Below are positions 46,114 to 59,385 of a DNA stretch of 64,000 nucleotides, one piece after another. Positions within the stretch are counted from its first letter, which is position 1. Each line of letters begins with the position of its first letter. The position numbers were made by a program, and so were the translations under genes. The notes beneath the pieces are model-generated. The model saw only the letters and a program-made list of their open reading frames with translations. It was not told where the DNA came from and made no database searches. The DNA is taken from contig NC_087256.1 in the NCBI RefSeq assembly GCF_037042905.1, positions 3,968,001 to 4,032,000 on the forward strand, read 5' to 3'. This stretch comes from Lytechinus pictus. Lineage: Eukaryota.

Positions 46114-48417
46114 ATGGACACGACGACTGAATCAACGACGGAAGTGTGGGGGAGTGGTGATAACGAAACAAGCACATTAATTGATGAAGGAAACTTTACA
46201 ACCATTAATGTGACGTTATGGAACGTAACGACCGTAACGGGTATTTCGTCGAATGTATCAAGTACGACGGTGACGCAATTTGTCACCCTGTCGACAACAG
46301 ATGAAGGGTTGAGTACGACCAAGTTGGATGCTCCGACTACTAGTGCGATCGTGCAACCGTCATCGGAAGCGTACACGGACAGTGATTTGAGGATCTTTGC
46401 TGGTGTCTTGATGATCATCATTACCGCCTTGGCTTTGATCGGAAACCTTGGAGTCATCGCTGGTTTACGACATAAATGCTTTCACGGTCGAGCACTTTAC
46501 ACCTTCTTGAACAACCTTGCCATCACAGTCCTGTGTGATTGCCTCTTCAATGCTCCTTTCATCATAGGAGCGATGCTCTCTGACGGTAGAGTATGGCTGG
46601 ATTCTACTTTTCTATGTAACGTTACTTCTTTCATCGGTAATTTGATACATACCCAGATTATCCTAAGTCTGATGCTACTAGTCTTGGACAGGATGCTGTC
46701 CTTGAAATACTCGGATAGTTACATCAGGAAGACTGTTGGGGTGAGAGCTAACTTGATATCTGGATACGCATGGGTCCATTCAATGGCTTTTACCCTGGCT
46801 ATCGTCGTCACGTCCGTTGAGAGTGACTATTTCGAAGACAGGTATCTTTGCTCTGTCGAGTACAAAAACAACTTAGCATACAACGTTATATATTCATTAT
46901 TATGCAACATAGCTCCTTGGGTGACAATAATGTGTTGCTATATCTACATTGTGGCATTAGCGTCTGAAGCAAACGCAAGGGATAATGTTTTAGCTGAAGC
47001 AGGGTATGGCGAACTGACTGGACCCATTGGACAAGCTACAGAACTTAATCACGCGAAACCAGTAGGTGTTTTGATATTTTTGTGGTGTTTGCTAATAGGG
47101 CCATTTCATATTTTAGGAATGATCTATGTGTACTCTGGGGTAACGATGATCCCTGGGGTGGTATGGACAATCTTCACATGCTTAAGATTTATCTATGATT
47201 TCTTGGTTCCGGTGGTCATTCTGGTCGCCTGGCCAGAATCCTGGAAAGAATGCAAACACTTTATCGCATGTCGTCGGGAAAATGCAATAACAGAGAACGG
47301 CCTTCGGAACCGTATCCCAGGAGTTCGTTCTTCATGGGCCGAAGGAAGTGATGGATCTGTAACCGATAGGTCAACACTTGACAGATCGACACTCAGCAGA
47401 TCGTTCAATGTTCCTGTACTGTTTCCAACGTCCAATGGGCTACAGCTTCAGGTCAGTTCTAGAGGAAGTAAGGATGGTGGAGACATCGAGGTTGCAGACT
47501 TCGCGTCTGAAGAAAAATTACGAGGCAGCAGGCGTCCTCCACCTTACCTCCCACCACTCTTTAGCGTCGTGCAAAGTAGCGAGGAAGATAGTTTTAATAC
47601 AGACAGTAGCATGCCTTTGAAAGGAGAAGACAATGGCCTGTTTGATCTTAATGAATCGGCCGATAGCAAAACTGCAATATCACAATTTCAGTTGTCTTTG
47701 GGGAGGGCGGAAGATTTTCATGCTCTGAAGTCTACGACGCCCGGAAGTGACGCGAAGGTGTCACCACGGAATGAACGGGAATTTGGAGAAGCGCATAAGG
47801 AATACTCCCCAAGACATTACCAAAAATATTCACAAGGAGATGGTAAAACCAACCCTAGTTTTACTAGCCCTGCTCCCCAGCAAGTTGGAAGGCAAAAGAA
47901 AAACAGTACTTCCAAAAGAGACCTTCCCTCGAATGAAATAAAACCTTCTGAGAAATCTTCAGATAGTAATTTGCAAGGAAGGGCGAGACGAGTGAGCAAA
48001 GGTGAAACTATTTCAACAAATACCTCATCACCGATCAGGGAACAAAACCAAATAACATCAAATGGAAAAGAGCGATCTAAGAAAGGAGCCGTTACTAGCG
48101 GAAACAACGCTAATAATATCACTGGTAGAGACGATGATGGACTCGGGGGCAACTCAAGAAGAGTATCATCAGAGAAAGGCGTTGCCGATGGGGACAAGGG
48201 AGGAGGAGGTGGAGGGGCAAACGGGACCAGCAGTAGCAAAGGAGGGCGGCGCGTCAGTAGTACAGGTAATGGAGTTGGACGTGGTCTTAGGAGCAGGGAG
48301 GAGTCAGAAAAGAGACAAAGACATTCCAGTGGGAAGAGTATACATAGTAATTCATCAAGTCCAAGAGATAATGGCTCATCTTCTAAGGCACAGGAGGGCT
48401 CAGGAAGATCGAAGTGA
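46114..48417 (+). CDS. Intronless orphan class A (rhodopsin-like) GPCR, 767 aa
   Basis: S/T-rich N-terminus with several N-x-S/T sites, seven hydrophobic segments, TM1 GN, TM3 Cys and DRM, TM4 Trp, ECL2 Cys, long low-complexity C-tail. Confidence 0.9.
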   Translation: MDTTTESTTEVWGSGDNETSTLIDEGNFTTINVTLWNVTTVTGISSNVSSTTVTQFVTLSTTDEGLSTTKLDAPTTSAIVQPSSEAYTDSDLRIFAGVLMIIITALALIGNLGVIAGLRHKCFHGRALYTFLNNLAITVLCDCLFNAPFIIGAMLSDGRVWLDSTFLCNVTSFIGNLIHTQIILSLMLLVLDRMLSLKYSDSYIRKTVGVRANLISGYAWVHSMAFTLAIVVTSVESDYFEDRYLCSVEYKNNLAYNVIYSLLCNIAPWVTIMCCYIYIVALASEANARDNVLAEAGYGELTGPIGQATELNHAKPVGVLIFLWCLLIGPFHILGMIYVYSGVTMIPGVVWTIFTCLRFIYDFLVPVVILVAWPESWKECKHFIACRRENAITENGLRNRIPGVRSSWAEGSDGSVTDRSTLDRSTLSRSFNVPVLFPTSNGLQLQVSSRGSKDGGDIEVADFASEEKLRGSRRPPPYLPPLFSVVQSSEEDSFNTDSSMPLKGEDNGLFDLNESADSKTAISQFQLSLGRAEDFHALKSTTPGSDAKVSPRNEREFGEAHKEYSPRHYQKYSQGDGKTNPSFTSPAPQQVGRQKKNSTSKRDLPSNEIKPSEKSSDSNLQGRARRVSKGETISTNTSSPIREQNQITSNGKERSKKGAVTSGNNANNITGRDDDGLGGNSRRVSSEKGVADGDKGGGGGGANGTSSSKGGRRVSSTGNGVGRGLRSREESEKRQRHSSGKSIHSNSSSPRDNGSSSKAQEGSGRSK

Positions 48418-49695
48418 TGTTATGGCATATAGACAAAGTAAGTAACAGTGTAACAATTTTGCTCAATTAAAAAGGTCCTTTTACTTCGATTCTTTGAAAA
48501 CTCGCATCTTTTAATAAGCCCGACATACTTATAATTTGCTTGATCTGTAAAAATAATGTGGTCTTTAAATGGCGTCCCATCTTAAATTTTAAAGTTTGGA
48601 GATCGACTGAAATGACATCAACCCACTTTTTGGTCAACAAGCTTGTATCGCTCTTTCACGTACTTCCATACTTATGATATAATACATTCAAATTTAACTC
48701 CCTTCAATAATTATGATGATGGTGATGATAGTTATGATGATGATAACTACTAAAGAAGGTGATATTATAATGATAGTAATGATGGTAATATTAAAGACAA
48801 TGATATTCGATAATAAAACTTATTTAAAAGATGATGATAATAATAATATCTATATTGATTTAACAGAAATGTTAATATCAGTATGAGTACATGTAATTTT
48901 GCTTAGTATGCACTTTTGATCAAAAATTGCAATAATGGTAGTAAAATATCGAACGTGGTACTGTCTCAAAGACTATTCGACAGTTCAGAAAATATGCTGC
49001 TATCATTATTTTCCTCTACCTTAATCATTTTTCAAGTCTAGAAGATCCCAACCTTCATCGTTTTATAGTCATAGCAAGTCTTATCTCGATCACAGTGATG
49101 TGGAATCTAAATTTAGTCTTCAATCGTTTCCCCAATTCTCAAGGCTATCTCTTATTTGCACGTATACGGAATGCACTTTCTCTTTCTTTATTCTCAAACG
49201 GTAGAGCTTTGAGAGACAAAAGGACAAAAACCCCTATTGTTCAACTAATCGATTGGTATCAAAAGTCTGACTTTATTCTGCTGTATTTGCTTGGAGCAAA
49301 AATTATCTCCGTGCATGTTCCGCAATGTTTTTGTACATATCTTTACGGAGAGAAATCTGGTACAATAAGCATGATAGTCTTTCGAAATAAAAATTAATCA
49401 TTGGTGCATTTAATTCTCTCTGTACACCAAGCGGAATATATTTCAAGGTTCATCGTAATTATTTACATCTAAATACAACTGATAATCATTTATAGAAGAC
49501 TGTCTTAATTTATGGATGGAGCTTATATTGTACCATCTAAATCCATGTTCACTATTATCATATTGAACGTATTATTATGGTGTATTGTATAAAAATGACT
49601 ATCCAGATAATTATCTATTGGATTCACTTACAAAGTATTTTTGTCATTTTTAATTCACATTCTGGCTTCTTTCATTTCAATCCAAAGCATGATCT

Positions 49696-49957
49696 GGGGC
49701 CCGTCTTACAAAGAGTTACGATTGATCCAATCAATCGTATCTCTATATATGGAAATCCATCAGGGTCATAATTTTTTCAAAAGGAAATTTGCAAAGTGTC
49801 CTTTGAAAACAAAGGAGAACACACCAATTTGTCAAGAAATCTATGAATTTCTGAATATACATCATATCTAGATTTTTTTTTAACAAACATGCATTTTATA
49901 TGTTGACTTTGTTGACTTTCTATATTATCATCCGCAACTCTTTGTAAGACGGGGCCC
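49696..49957. mobile_element. MITE with GGGCCCGTCTTACAAAGAGTT TIRs
   Basis: Inverted copy AACTCTTTGTAAGACGGGGCCC. Confidence 0.75.
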
Positions 49958-50926
49958 TATTATACTTCCATAAGTTTCTTCATATACAGATAATAAAACA
50001 TTTTTTTTTTTAATTCCAATTTATCTCTCACATTACTATCGTAATTTTTTTTATTATATCGTACTTATATGATTAAAAATACTTTGCAGTTACACTTTAT
50101 AGCTTTATGCAGCGATTTCCAATTGAATGTTACTGTCAGGAACAGTGAAATTTGCATAATGTTGCGGCAATCAATATTCTGATCATTATTTAATTATGAT
50201 AATTGTAGTAATACTGATAATTATTATATCAATATTCTTTTCATTATCAATATCATTGATTATTAGAATTATTTTTATCATTATTATTATTATTATCATT
50301 AGAATGTTATCATTATCCTGATTATTGTAATTGTAATTATGATTATTGTTATAATTACTTCTACTTCTACTACTGCTGCTACTACTACTACTACTACTAT
50401 CATTATTATGTAATCATCCTCATCATCATCATGTTGAAAATCCATATCTAAAATAGAAAGGTTTAACATGTAGCTGATTTGGGTTTTAATGTGCTTTGGC
50501 ATTGTATTGAAATGAGGCGAAATAATTACTTACAAAAACCTTTCAGATCCTTATTTTTATGTCAATACAATTTCATGTATAATTCAAGTTTTATATTAAT
50601 TCTATTGCTTCGAAAACTATTAATGTTTGTAACTATAGAGCCCTAGTAACTACATGCAGGTTCTAATGATTCAAATCGAGATCGTCAAACTGGATCAAAT
50701 TAATAAATTTGATGCTACCAGATACAAGCAGAATTTGATGCTGTAATGAAAAAAATGAATTATTCAAGTAACGTCTTGTGAAAAATTAAAATATATCAAT
50801 TTGATTGTCATTTAAAACCTCAAACAATAAAGCGATTTAGATGTTCGCCGCATCTGCTTGATATCAACATAACCATTTAGAACATCCCTTGTAAACATGT
50901 TCCTCTCCTTCTCTTTAAAGTCTTTA

Positions 50927-50931
<5 letters not shown>

Positions 50932-50968
<37 letters not shown>
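50932..50968. repeat. (CT)n microsatellite
   Basis: Direct read. Confidence 0.9.
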
Positions 50969-50973
<5 letters not shown>

Positions 50974-53900
50974 CTTGATTTTCTTTTTTTTGTACTTTTG
51001 TTGCAATTATTTGTTCTTTTCACCTTTTTAATTAATTCTGGGTTTCAGTATTTTTTGTCCATTTCTCGATTTATTTCGCTTTACTTTAATTTAATAGTCT
51101 TCTCATCTGACTCAATTCTACACAACCACATTCACTCGTGGAATGATACCAAAAACGTTCTTACCTATTGAGGACAAACCCATTACCGGATAGACTCTGT
51201 TCAAATCTATCCTCCGGACTTAGAAAACACATAAATGTGGCGCCTTATTCAGTAGATATCTGACAAAACCATTAACTTGGTGATTTCTTGAAGAAGAAAA
51301 AATCACAAACGATTCATCAGTTTTTGTGCGTGTTTATTATGGAACCTGTTTGTGTTTTATCATTACATGTAAATGATGTAAAGGCCTATCTACTACAATG
51401 ACAAAGGAATTTGACATTGTAATTTCCTCATGTGACTACATGTATACAAGTCTATTGGGGAAAATGAATCAGATATTTCAAATGGTTATTTTAGCATTCA
51501 CATTTTGTGTTATTTTTCTACCCTTTTCTCTCCAGGGCGAAATGCAGATTTGCTAGCTGGATACGGACCAAAATACCGCAATACTTGTAGATCAATGCTG
51601 ATTATTATCAGAGACACTATCCTTGAATCACCAAAGAAAATCATCACTCAGCTATAGCAGTGAGCCTTTAAAACGTATTTATGATAATTAGCATTAGTTG
51701 AGCGAGTCCTTGTCTCTATATACTTTCTGTTTTTAGCACGCTATTCATTATTCTTAGAAGCCATTTAGCTCTTTGTTTACTAAAAGTACTCTGTCAAATG
51801 CCAATTTCGAGCATGCTTATTGTTATTTTATTAGAGAGTTGTCCATATTTACAATGTAAAACGTTATCGGTCAAATCAATCAAACGTGCTCCGTAAAGCA
51901 CAGGCCTTATTTCATTTGTGATGTCGTATTTTGCCCATCGGACATGTTGGTTTATCAATCAAAATAATTAGCTTTGGAGACTGGTTACAACAAAGATTTG
52001 TGTTTGATTGCAATTTCATGTACATGTATAACTCAATCACAACTCAAATACGTCCCTCTGATTGGTTAAAAATCAGGTTTCATTTGATAACGTTTTCTGC
52101 AAAGACCCCTGAACAATTATCAAATATATATAGGTAACCTACGATCAATCATGAAGAATTTATCATGTACATTTACAGTGTATACTGAAATTATAATATT
52201 GGTGAACTTTTCGTTCTGAATGAATAACATTTTGCATGGCTTTGGTAAGTGTGACACGCTCTAATATAGTGTAACATCATTGAAGAAAAAAAAAAACAAT
52301 GCGACACGGTATATTAAACATCCACATGCTCTTTAGATGATTGATTTTCATAATTGATGTCGATTGAATGTAAATGGAAGTTGTAGATTACTGTCATCCC
52401 TGAAAAAAAATCCACGATCTATCAGTGTAATCACCACGCTTCTAGTGTAATGCATGTTCGCAGTTCCAGTGTTATCATGATCAGATCATTACATGTATAT
52501 GAAGCTTTATTTGTTCAAAATATTCTTTAAATCGATAGATAATCCAATAAAATGTCAAAACTTTTTTTTTTGTACGAGGCATATCTATGTTTAAGGCTTT
52601 CTATCTAGAATGCTGTTGCAGTGTTATGGTCGAATTGACTTTTTTATGATACGACAAAGTTCTCTTTTAATTTTTTTTTAACATTTGCTAATATTATTAT
52701 GTATACTTCCAAAGGCACTGGCGTCGTTTTTTTATACAAATATCTTCATGATAGTTATGTTAGAATAGTATGAGAAATTTATATACCATTGTCTTTCATA
52801 TTTGATTTTGTAGACTAATGTACTCCCGTAACCGCACAAATGTCTTTCATATTTATAGTCTTTCAACTGCTTTCCTGAGCTGCTTGATTTTTATGATAAT
52901 TTCAAAATTACACTGAAATATGCATTTTATTACATCGTGTACAAATAATGTTAACTTTTATTTGCATCTAATCTTTATCATGAAGCCTTAAAAACTTTTC
53001 TACTGACCAGGGGCAATAGTGCATAAAATCAAAGATTAAGGGTAGATGAAAACTCTGTAACCTAAAAAGTATTCTCAATCGCAGATCGTATCTCTGCCAG
53101 TGAAAATCTAAAAAAATCCAATCAAAACTTCTGTTAGAAAGAAAGAAAATATAGTAAGTAAGAAAGAAAGAAAGAAAAAAAGAAAGAAAGAAAATAATTT
53201 TAGCGCTGGACATGCTGGAATAGTTTTGAATTCGATTGCAAGTTTTAAGCAACGTGCCACAGGATATGGTTTTTTTTAATAAGATTTTGTTAAATTATAT
53301 TTTACATTCTACTGTTATAACAATGATTTCAGACTAGAGAAGATAGAATTTGACATACATTTCTAGGAAGATTCATCATGATATATTAGGCCTATCTTCA
53401 TCAATATAAACATTGTAATATGGGCATTAATTCTGTTATCCGCAGATAATAAGAAATCAGTGTAATAAATGAGCAGGTGAAAAACATCACTATTAGCAGA
53501 TTAGTTAATGTGATATTTGGAGTAATCAGATGTTATTTAAGGAATATATATAATTCGAATGTATTTTACATGATTTGATTTTGTCATCTGTACGTATAAT
53601 GTTATCCCATATTTCGTGATGTAATATAAGGTTTTTGGTATGAATGTAAATAAATTTGCTTCATGATTACCAAACGATCATTAAGGTGCCATTAATGGTG
53701 GACAAGTAGCCTCGTATGATGAAACCAAACGGCTCACCCAGCATGCCCAGTCAAACATCTGAAGTTTTTAGTATGAACTTGGCATGCACATACATGTACT
53801 CATATTTTCAGATTTTGATCAACTTTTACCATTGGAACATGATACAATAATTTCTATGGCCTTCGTTGAATTTTAAAATGAAATGTGAGTAATGGTTGTC

Positions 53901-55332
53901 AATGAACAGTGCTTTATTTTAGATCTGTGTAAGATACATACAGTATGTACAGCATAAAGTCATAAACTTGTGTTTTTGAAAAAAACCGTTCTTTGTAATT
54001 AAAATGTGACAAACCTGTCTTCATGCAACATGACACAAAACTTTGTGTTACAGTAGAACATGTTGTTTCTTGAGTATAATTTGGAGGTATGCACAGAGGC
54101 ATGAATTGATCCAAATTTATACAAAAAGAATAACATGTCATTTTCCCTTCTGTGTCCACTTTTATATTGAGTTTTCTTTCTTTTACTTTGCTTGATTGTT
54201 GTTAACGATTTTGAAGACAATTAAGACGACCAATTTCGGATTTATGAACTTTTTTTGTTCTCCTCTTTCACTTTAATTCGCTTGCTTTTAAAATAAAAAT
54301 ACAAACATGTGTCCTAAACCACTCGAGAACCCTGGACATGCCACTGAGCAATGTGAGGCAAATCGTGTATGTAATCTAAATGAGTTTGAATTAGTCAGTA
54401 AATGGGTCTATTTGTGTGTTTTTTTTTTAACCGCCATTTTGCTGTACAGACTGTACAGATTCGAATGTTGATTAATGTTTATATATTTCAGAATTACATA
54501 TATCTTATTTTCTAACTTAAATTATAAAGACAAACGAACCAAAGGCACGTAGTACTACTCGAAGCATGTTGTAAATACGTGAAAGATGTTCCAAATATTG
54601 TACATAAATGTATGTATTGACGGCTTTCATGGATAGGCTACATGTATATCTCAATTAGCGTACATTCTTTTTCATTACAGATTTTTTCATTTTACCACCC
54701 ACTCATTTTTATAAGATTTTTTAGAGCGAGTCTTGAAGCATTGCATTCAAATTATCTCAATATCATGTTTTTATGTACCAATGTAAAATGTAAATCTGTA
54801 AACTTTTCCACGATTTTGATCTCGCTTGAATTATATGTGACAAAGGCAGTTAAAAGATGAACATCTTTTTGATATTTGTGAATTAATAAAATTGCAATCG
54901 AACAAATATCACTGGTACCATTTTCTTTGTTTGAATATTTTCCAAAGCACACAATGTTTATCTGCCATCATCCGAGATGATGGCCAACTTCACTCTTTTT
55001 TAAACATTATTTTGATTTCACAATCTGTTTATGCTATCAAATGAGTTTATCCCGAGTGGAATTCATTTCTGCAGTCCCTACCCAATTAATATGTTAATAT
55101 CTCCTTTTCTCATAATCATTCCATCATCATCACCATCGTCGTCGTCGTCATTATCATTATAATAATAATAATGATAACAATAATTGTGATATCTTATTGA
55201 GCGCACACACCGTCCAGACGATCATGGTGCTATCCCAGCAACAGTTCATCATTATCATCACCACCATCATTATTATCATCTTCATCATCATCACCATCAT
55301 CATCTTCATAATCATCTTCATCATAATCATCT

Positions 55333-55507
55333 NNNNNNNNNNNNNNNNNNNNNNNNNNNNNNNNNNNNNNNNNNNNNNNNNNNNNNNNNNNNNNNNNNNN
55401 NNNNNNNNNNNNNNNNNNNNNNNNNNNNNNNNNNNNNNNNNNNNNNNNNNNNNNNNNNNNNNNNNNNNNNNNNNNNNNNNNNNNNNNNNNNNNNNNNNNN
55501 NNNNNNN
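55333..55507. other. N gap within a (CAT)n tract
   Basis: Run of N. Confidence 0.99.
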
Positions 55508-55979
55508 TTCATCATGTATAATTTGAAAATCTTTGGACCTCTTCTTTCATTTGATGCAATTCATACAAGCACTTCAAAAATGAGGGAACAAATACAATAT
55601 AAAGGAATGTCAAAAGTTATAAAAGGATAATTTGTAGAAAGTGATGTCTTCAAATATTGTTTATTGCTAGCTAAAATTTTCTGGTTCCTACTTAGTGTTT
55701 TCATTCATTCATGAATGAAAATGAATTATCAGAGAGAAGAGGACCCAAGTTTTACAGATTTCTAACATGTTTGTGAATGAAATGATTCCATGACATTTGC
55801 TCCTATGACAACTGCTCCCATGGAAAGTCTGCACATTAAGCCAAACATTAACTTAAAACCATAATCATATTCTGACATTTCATTCATTTTTAAAATAATA
55901 TTTTCACATTATGACGACCTTAATCTCCACTTTTATTCAGGAAATAAAACCAGAAGCAATGGGCACGGTGCAATTGTCA

Positions 55980-57523
55980 AAACAAGTGGAACGCCTCTGG
56001 CAGTCTCGCCTGCATTACGCGATTCAATATAGCAGCAGTGCTAACTTTGAAAACAGCTACTGGGCATTTTCACGGTAACTGACATTACACGGCACAATGT
56101 TTTCACACCTTTCATTGTGTGTATCTCTAAAACAACAAATGATGGGAGTTTGCTTTTGATATAGTTAATAAAGTGAACCTTGCTGTATACTCTGATACTA
56201 AGTTTTCCTATGAAACCACATTTTTTTACGCATCAGCAAGCAAAAATGTGTCGGTAACTGACATTACGCAAAAGGACATGCAATTTCAGGGTGTTCATTA
56301 AAATTGAAATATCTCATGTCCCTGAGTAGATAGAGTAATAAATTGAATATGTAAATATACCTCCGTTACTAGGTTAAGATGTGTCAAAATATTAAACAAT
56401 TCGTTTTTGTCTTTTGGGGGCTATGATAATTTTTCCACAACCATGCTGGTAACTGACATTACGGTAACTGACATTACACTTAATTTGCCATAGAGATAAC
56501 ACATGGAAGTCAAATGTGTGGAATCATTGCATTGTATCTTCTGTGCAGGGCTTCACATGAAAGTGAGCTTGATGTGGAAGTATACCCGAGTTTCTAGGAA
56601 CATTTCAATGAAAAAACTTTCTTTTTCTTTAATAATTCCTTTCTTTAATTTGAACATTTTTATCATTACTTCTCGGTAACTGACAATACACATTAACATT
56701 GACCAGTGCTATATGATTTTCAAAGGCATAATTTTCTTGGTACTTATATGTAAGGCTTTTTAAAATTATAAAAGTTTCATAATACTTCACATTTTTAATT
56801 ATCAAAAGATAAGAAATGTATGTTTTACTTACTCGGGGGGGGGGGGGAGGGGGGTGGGTCATAGCAGCTACATGTTTTCCTATACTAATTTAATATTGCA
56901 TTGACTGTACACATGGATTTTTCTGACTATGCACCCATAATATATTCATCAGTTTTATATTGACTTTTTAAACCTTTTCCTTCTCCAACCTCCCCCTCCC
57001 CTCAAAAAAGGCAAAATGAATAAGGGTCTCCTCCCCTAGCCTACACGTATCCCTCCCCCGAAGCTCATGCAGCCATGAAGTTTCATTGATTTCTATTCTG
57101 GTCAGTGCAAGCAATGCTTGTTCATATCTGTCGCATTTCAATTCTCTTCATAATTTGTTTAATCATTTTCTTTGCTAATTTCTTTTTTAAGCTGTCAACA
57201 AAAAATAAACTCCAGCTTCTAAACTGAAACTGAACTATTTGTAAATTAGAAGAAAAAAAAGTTTTAGTAGATCCATGCAACATTGATCAGAACTGTCAAA
57301 TTTCACTTTTCATCTATACTTGTAAACCAAAAACAAAATTGTATCACACATCCACACTACTAACAGGTATAAAAACCAGGAATTTACTTTTAGCAAGGCA
57401 ATGCTCAAAAGAATCCTAGAAACTAAAAAAGGGACCCTGGAAATCCCCTTCATCACAATGTTAAGCTTAAAAATGTTGCAGATTTAGGCAATAGGTTGGG
57501 AAAAGTACCCCCTACCCCCCCCC

Positions 57524-57555
<32 letters not shown>

Positions 57556-59385
57556 TCTGATACAAACAATTAGGTACTTGGTAAGTGCATGTACAAAACA
57601 ATTTCATAGTATTTTTTTTTTGCAATATGGGAATGCAACTTCCTTCATAATTTCATATAGTATTCCTTGTGAACTATACCTTTTAAAAGTCAATAGCAAG
57701 CTCCTTCTGGTGTGACTTTTTAAGTGAAAGACTTAAATAACAAGTATACAATATTTCTTCACCATAAAATTGACCACATATTTGCATTTCAACGTTTTAT
57801 CATGGTAACTGACATTACATCTTGGTAACTGACATTACATTTTCCACTTGGTAACTGACATTACATATATTTAATGGTACCCTATGGCTTCATTGTTAAT
57901 TGGTAATCTTTAATTTTGGTGTAGAAGGGAGGGGTGTTACCTAGAGAGGAAATCTACCAAGTTTCATGTAATATATCCTCTTTTCCAGGAAATGAGGAAA
58001 AAAAGTTCATGTTTTTGGTAACTGACATTTCATACCATATCACATACTTCATCAATGTTTTTTTATCAGATGAATGAATTACTGGTGTTTCTTTCTGTGG
58101 GATTTTAAAAAGTGTTATAATAGCAAGCTAAATCACATGTGAAAACATCATGATCAAACCTGTTCTTTAAAAATCTGTCAAAACAAAATATGTATCAATA
58201 TACTATTTTCAACACTAATTTGTATCCATACTTTGGCAGCCATTTTGAAATAAAAAATGGCTGCCAGAGTCGGAAAAAAATTTTGTCTCAGAAACTTCAG
58301 GTCTTGTTTTATTAAAAAACATAAAGCATTTGACATGAATATCAACTTGATTTTTTATCCTCTGTGTCCATCTGTGGTGAAAATGCCCTACTGTATAATT
58401 ATTAAAAAAAAACATTTGTATCATAATAAAATATTATGTCTATTGACCCAACATGACCTTTGACCATGATCCAGTGACCTAAGATGTGTGCAAAACAATC
58501 ATTCATACTCGATTACCCTTTGTCTATATTTTATGAACTATTGTGTAGATCCATAAAACTTTCTATTGTTATGCCAATTCAACAAATACCCCCAACATGG
58601 TCGAAGTTCATTGACCTTAAATGACCTTTAATCTTGGTCATGTGACCTGTAACATGCACAGGATATTCAGAAATACACGTTTACTCTTATGTCCAAGTTT
58701 CATATACTAGATCTATGTAAACTTTTAATCTATAAAATCTTAAAATGATGACATTTCCACATATACCCCAAATATTGTCAAAGTTCATTGACCCTAAATG
58801 ACCTTTTACTTTGTCATGTGACCTGAAACTCACACAGGATTTTCAGGGATACTTAATTGCTCTTATGTCCAAGTTTCATGAACTAGATCCATAAATTGTC
58901 AAAGTTATGATGACGATATCACAAATACCCCCAACATGGCCAAAGTTCGTTGAACCTAGGTGACCTTAATCATGTGACCTGAAACTCAGGCAAGACCTTC
59001 AGTGATACACTATCATCCTTACAGTGTATGTCCAATTTTCATGAACAAGGTCCATAAACATTCTAAGTTATGACGACATTTCAAAGACTTAACCTTGGTT
59101 AAGATTTCAATATTGATTCCCCCAACATGGTCTAAGTTCATTGACCCTAAATGACCTTTGACCTTGGTCATGTGAACTGAAACTCAGGCAGGATGTTCAG
59201 TTATACTTGATTACCATTATGTCCAAGTTTCATGAACTAGGTCCATATACTTCTTTCTAAGTTATGATGACATTTCAAAAACTTAACCTTGGTTAAGATT
59301 TCAATCTTGACGACGACGCCGCCATCGCCGACGTCGGAAAAGCGGCGCCTATAGTCTCGCACTGCTATGCAGGCGAGACAAAAAA
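55980..59385 (+). mobile_element. Helentron-associated (HINE/Tsp-like) element with internal tandem repeats, interrupted by a 2.3-kb insertion
   Basis: Same ends as 41175-41656; about five repeats of CCCCAACATGG..AAGTTCATTGACC..GGTCATGTGACCTGAAACTC at 58440-59300. Confidence 0.75.
56062..58388. mobile_element. Non-autonomous DNA transposon, 12-bp TIR GGGCATTTTCAC, 4-bp TSD (Sola-like)
   Basis: TACT-GGGCATTTTCAC ... GTGAAAATGCCC-TACT; the host element resumes after it. Confidence 0.85.

Noticed and set aside
47817-48445. Alternative-frame and antisense ORFs over the GPCR tail
   Set aside because: Expected by-products of low-complexity, purine-rich coding sequence; no independent support.
56074-58031. 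CRISPR-like array of GGTAACTGACATTAC
   Set aside because: Spacing is highly irregular (15 bp to over 1 kb) and the motifs lie within a TIR/TSD-bounded transposon.
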